A DNA stretch of 36,783 nt from a virus (lineage: Duplodnaviria > Caudoviricetes): IMG/VR virus record IMGVR_UViG_3300042110_000398, positions 1 to 36,783 of that record, one strand, 5' to 3'. The position numbers and the translations under genes are program-made. The number at the start of each line of letters is the position of its first letter. The stretch's first letter is position 1. Of this stretch, positions 35,628-36,783 are shown piece by piece. Below the pieces are notes generated by a model. That model was not told the origin of the DNA, did not search any database, and saw only the letters and a list, made by a program, of their open reading frames with translations.

Positions 35628-35978
35628 ATGATCATAGACGAAAAGGCTCTCAGGAGACTCCTCCGAGAGGTCGCAATCACGGGAGACGCGAGCGCGGGCA
35701 GGAGCGGCCGTGATGACAAGGACGTGGCTTCGACTACGGTCCCGACACCGCTTCCCATTTCACCGTCTCTCCACTCTGCGACGCAGCTGTCTTCGGAGAG
35801 ACCTCCTATCGAGGACCCGAGCTACATCCCGGGGAATCACATCGAGCTCGGAAGGGCGATGCAGGCGCTTGGGGAGCTCGTTCCTGACAGGAATGTGAAG
35901 CAGTTCTACCTCATGCTCCTGAAGCTCTACGCGAGGATCCCAAGAGACCCGGTTGTCGGAGAAGGAAAGAGGGCATGA
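35628..35978 (+). CDS. Hypothetical protein with an LRRLLRE leader
   Basis: ATG 35628 behind GGAG; MIIDEKALRRLLREV. Confidence 0.65.
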   Translation: MIIDEKALRRLLREVAITGDASAGRSGRDDKDVASTTVPTPLPISPSLHSATQLSSERPPIEDPSYIPGNHIELGRAMQALGELVPDRNVKQFYLMLLKLYARIPRDPVVGEGKRA

Positions 35979-36319
35979 AAGTCTCCGCTCTCCTCAACGA
36001 GTATTTCGAGAGGCCTGGTCCCCGCAGGTCAAGGATCTTTGAGGGACCGGCCAGCGATCTGCCGGTGAGCGTGAAGCAGAAGGTCTGGAGCAGGGACGAG
36101 AAGGGCACGGGACGCCTGTACGAGTTCTCCCAGAGGGAAGACATGAAGGACTTCGTGCAAGCCGCCCTCGACTTTGACGATGAGACGGGCACGGGTTTCA
36201 AGTTTGAGATTGAGGGACAGAGGGTCCACATCACCCTCGCGGTCGGTGAAGGTTACCGCTCTTCTGACTGGAGCATGGCGATGCTAGACTCGATATACTC
36301 TGAGATCACAGGGAGGTGA
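35975..36319 (+). CDS. Hypothetical protein, possible degenerate pterin-4a-carbinolamine dehydratase (PCD/DCoH) fold
   Basis: W....R.YEF.....DFV.......E.....V.ITL......D....LD spacing, but the catalytic HHP is absent; ATGA overlap. Confidence 0.4.
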   Translation: MKVSALLNEYFERPGPRRSRIFEGPASDLPVSVKQKVWSRDEKGTGRLYEFSQREDMKDFVQAALDFDDETGTGFKFEIEGQRVHITLAVGEGYRSSDWSMAMLDSIYSEITGR

Positions 36320-36320
36320 C

Positions 36321-36644
36321 ATGGGAGAGAACGTCTTCATGTCAGAGGGTCTCGAGAGCATCCTTCCAAGTGACTTCCTCGATTCGATATCCACGACTTC
36401 CCCGTCTTCAATAAAGACAGGGACAACGAAATTTGTCTCCCTCTACACGGTGGAAGGAGTGGACAGATTCATTGTCGAGTTCCTGACTGAGCACGACAAT
36501 GCGTTCAAGGTCTTACAGACGAGCCTGCACAAGACCATCAGGCTCCCGCAGTACTTCGGAGAAGTTTCACTGACCATCGATGGGATAGAGGTGAAGGACC
36601 CAGGTCCGACCCTCTCCCTGAGAGGGGTTGTCACGTATAAGTAA
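36321..36644 (+). CDS. Hypothetical protein
   Basis: GGAGG RBS; 107 aa. Confidence 0.6.
   Translation: MGENVFMSEGLESILPSDFLDSISTTSPSSIKTGTTKFVSLYTVEGVDRFIVEFLTEHDNAFKVLQTSLHKTIRLPQYFGEVSLTIDGIEVKDPGPTLSLRGVVTYK
36637..36643 (+). promoter_or_regulatory. Candidate late-promoter element ATAAGTA
   Basis: ATAnnTA 14 nt before ATG 36658. Confidence 0.4.
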
Positions 36645-36657
36645 GTAAGAGGTCCAA

Positions 36658-36783
36658 ATGAATAACGAAGACAATGCACCACAGAATTTTGAGTTTGACA
36701 AGTTCATGCAGGACATTGTCACCAAGGAGAGCAGGAATCACACTGAGGACGTGAAGCCTGAGGAACTGACACCTCAGCGCCAG
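36658..36783 (+). CDS. Hypothetical protein, 3'-truncated by the window edge
   Basis: ATG behind GAGG; 42 open codons (MNNEDNAPQNFEFDKFMQDIV...). Confidence 0.55.
   Translation, partial: MNNEDNAPQNFEFDKFMQDIVTKESRNHTEDVKPEELTPQRQ

Noticed and set aside
36610-36626. Inverted repeat CCCTCTC-CCT-GAGAGGG
   Set aside because: Short, inside a coding region and without a U-tract; not enough for a terminator call.
1-36783. Cellular chromosome or eukaryotic giant virus origin (suggested by dnaE, clpP, GSII, sod, MBD4-like and Nei genes)
   Set aside because: Shine-Dalgarno sites, an endolysin, fibre genes, a gp41-like helicase and dense single-strand operons fit a large bacteriophage. No capsid or terminase gene is in the window, so this remains an inference.

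Overview
A 36.8 kb gene-dense segment, almost entirely on the + strand, of what is most likely a large (jumbo-type) tailed phage genome. It has four parts. (1) Replication and nucleotide supply: 5'-3' exonuclease, DnaB/gp41-type helicase, class II RNR, ThyX, thymidine kinase, dCMP deaminase, an all-alpha dNTPase and a family C DnaE polymerase. (2) Auxiliary and repair genes: ClpP, GSII glutamine synthetase, MBD4-like and Fpg/Nei glycosylases, and an Fe/Mn SOD. (3) An M15 endolysin and a block of three repeat-rich fibre proteins. (4) A run of proteins sharing hydrophobic-x-Glu leader motifs. The main finding is an operon directly behind dnaE encoding a T4 beta-glucosyltransferase-like enzyme, a dNMP kinase, a ThyA-fold enzyme with the cytosine-specifying Asp, an NDP-sugar epimerase and a cupin. 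I read it as a glycosyl-hydroxymethylcytosine DNA hypermodification pathway that makes its own, probably non-glucose, sugar donor, supported by a possible dCTPase, a dCMP deaminase/ThyX bypass and an MBD4-like repair enzyme. Second-tier findings are a candidate ATAnnTA late promoter with conserved spacing, a candidate capsid-targeting/cleavage motif on an SOD and a nucleotidyltransferase, and an antisense homing endonuclease beside a duplicated thymidine-kinase P-loop. All family calls come from motif recognition by eye; no searches were run. I saw no tRNA, rRNA or CRISPR array.
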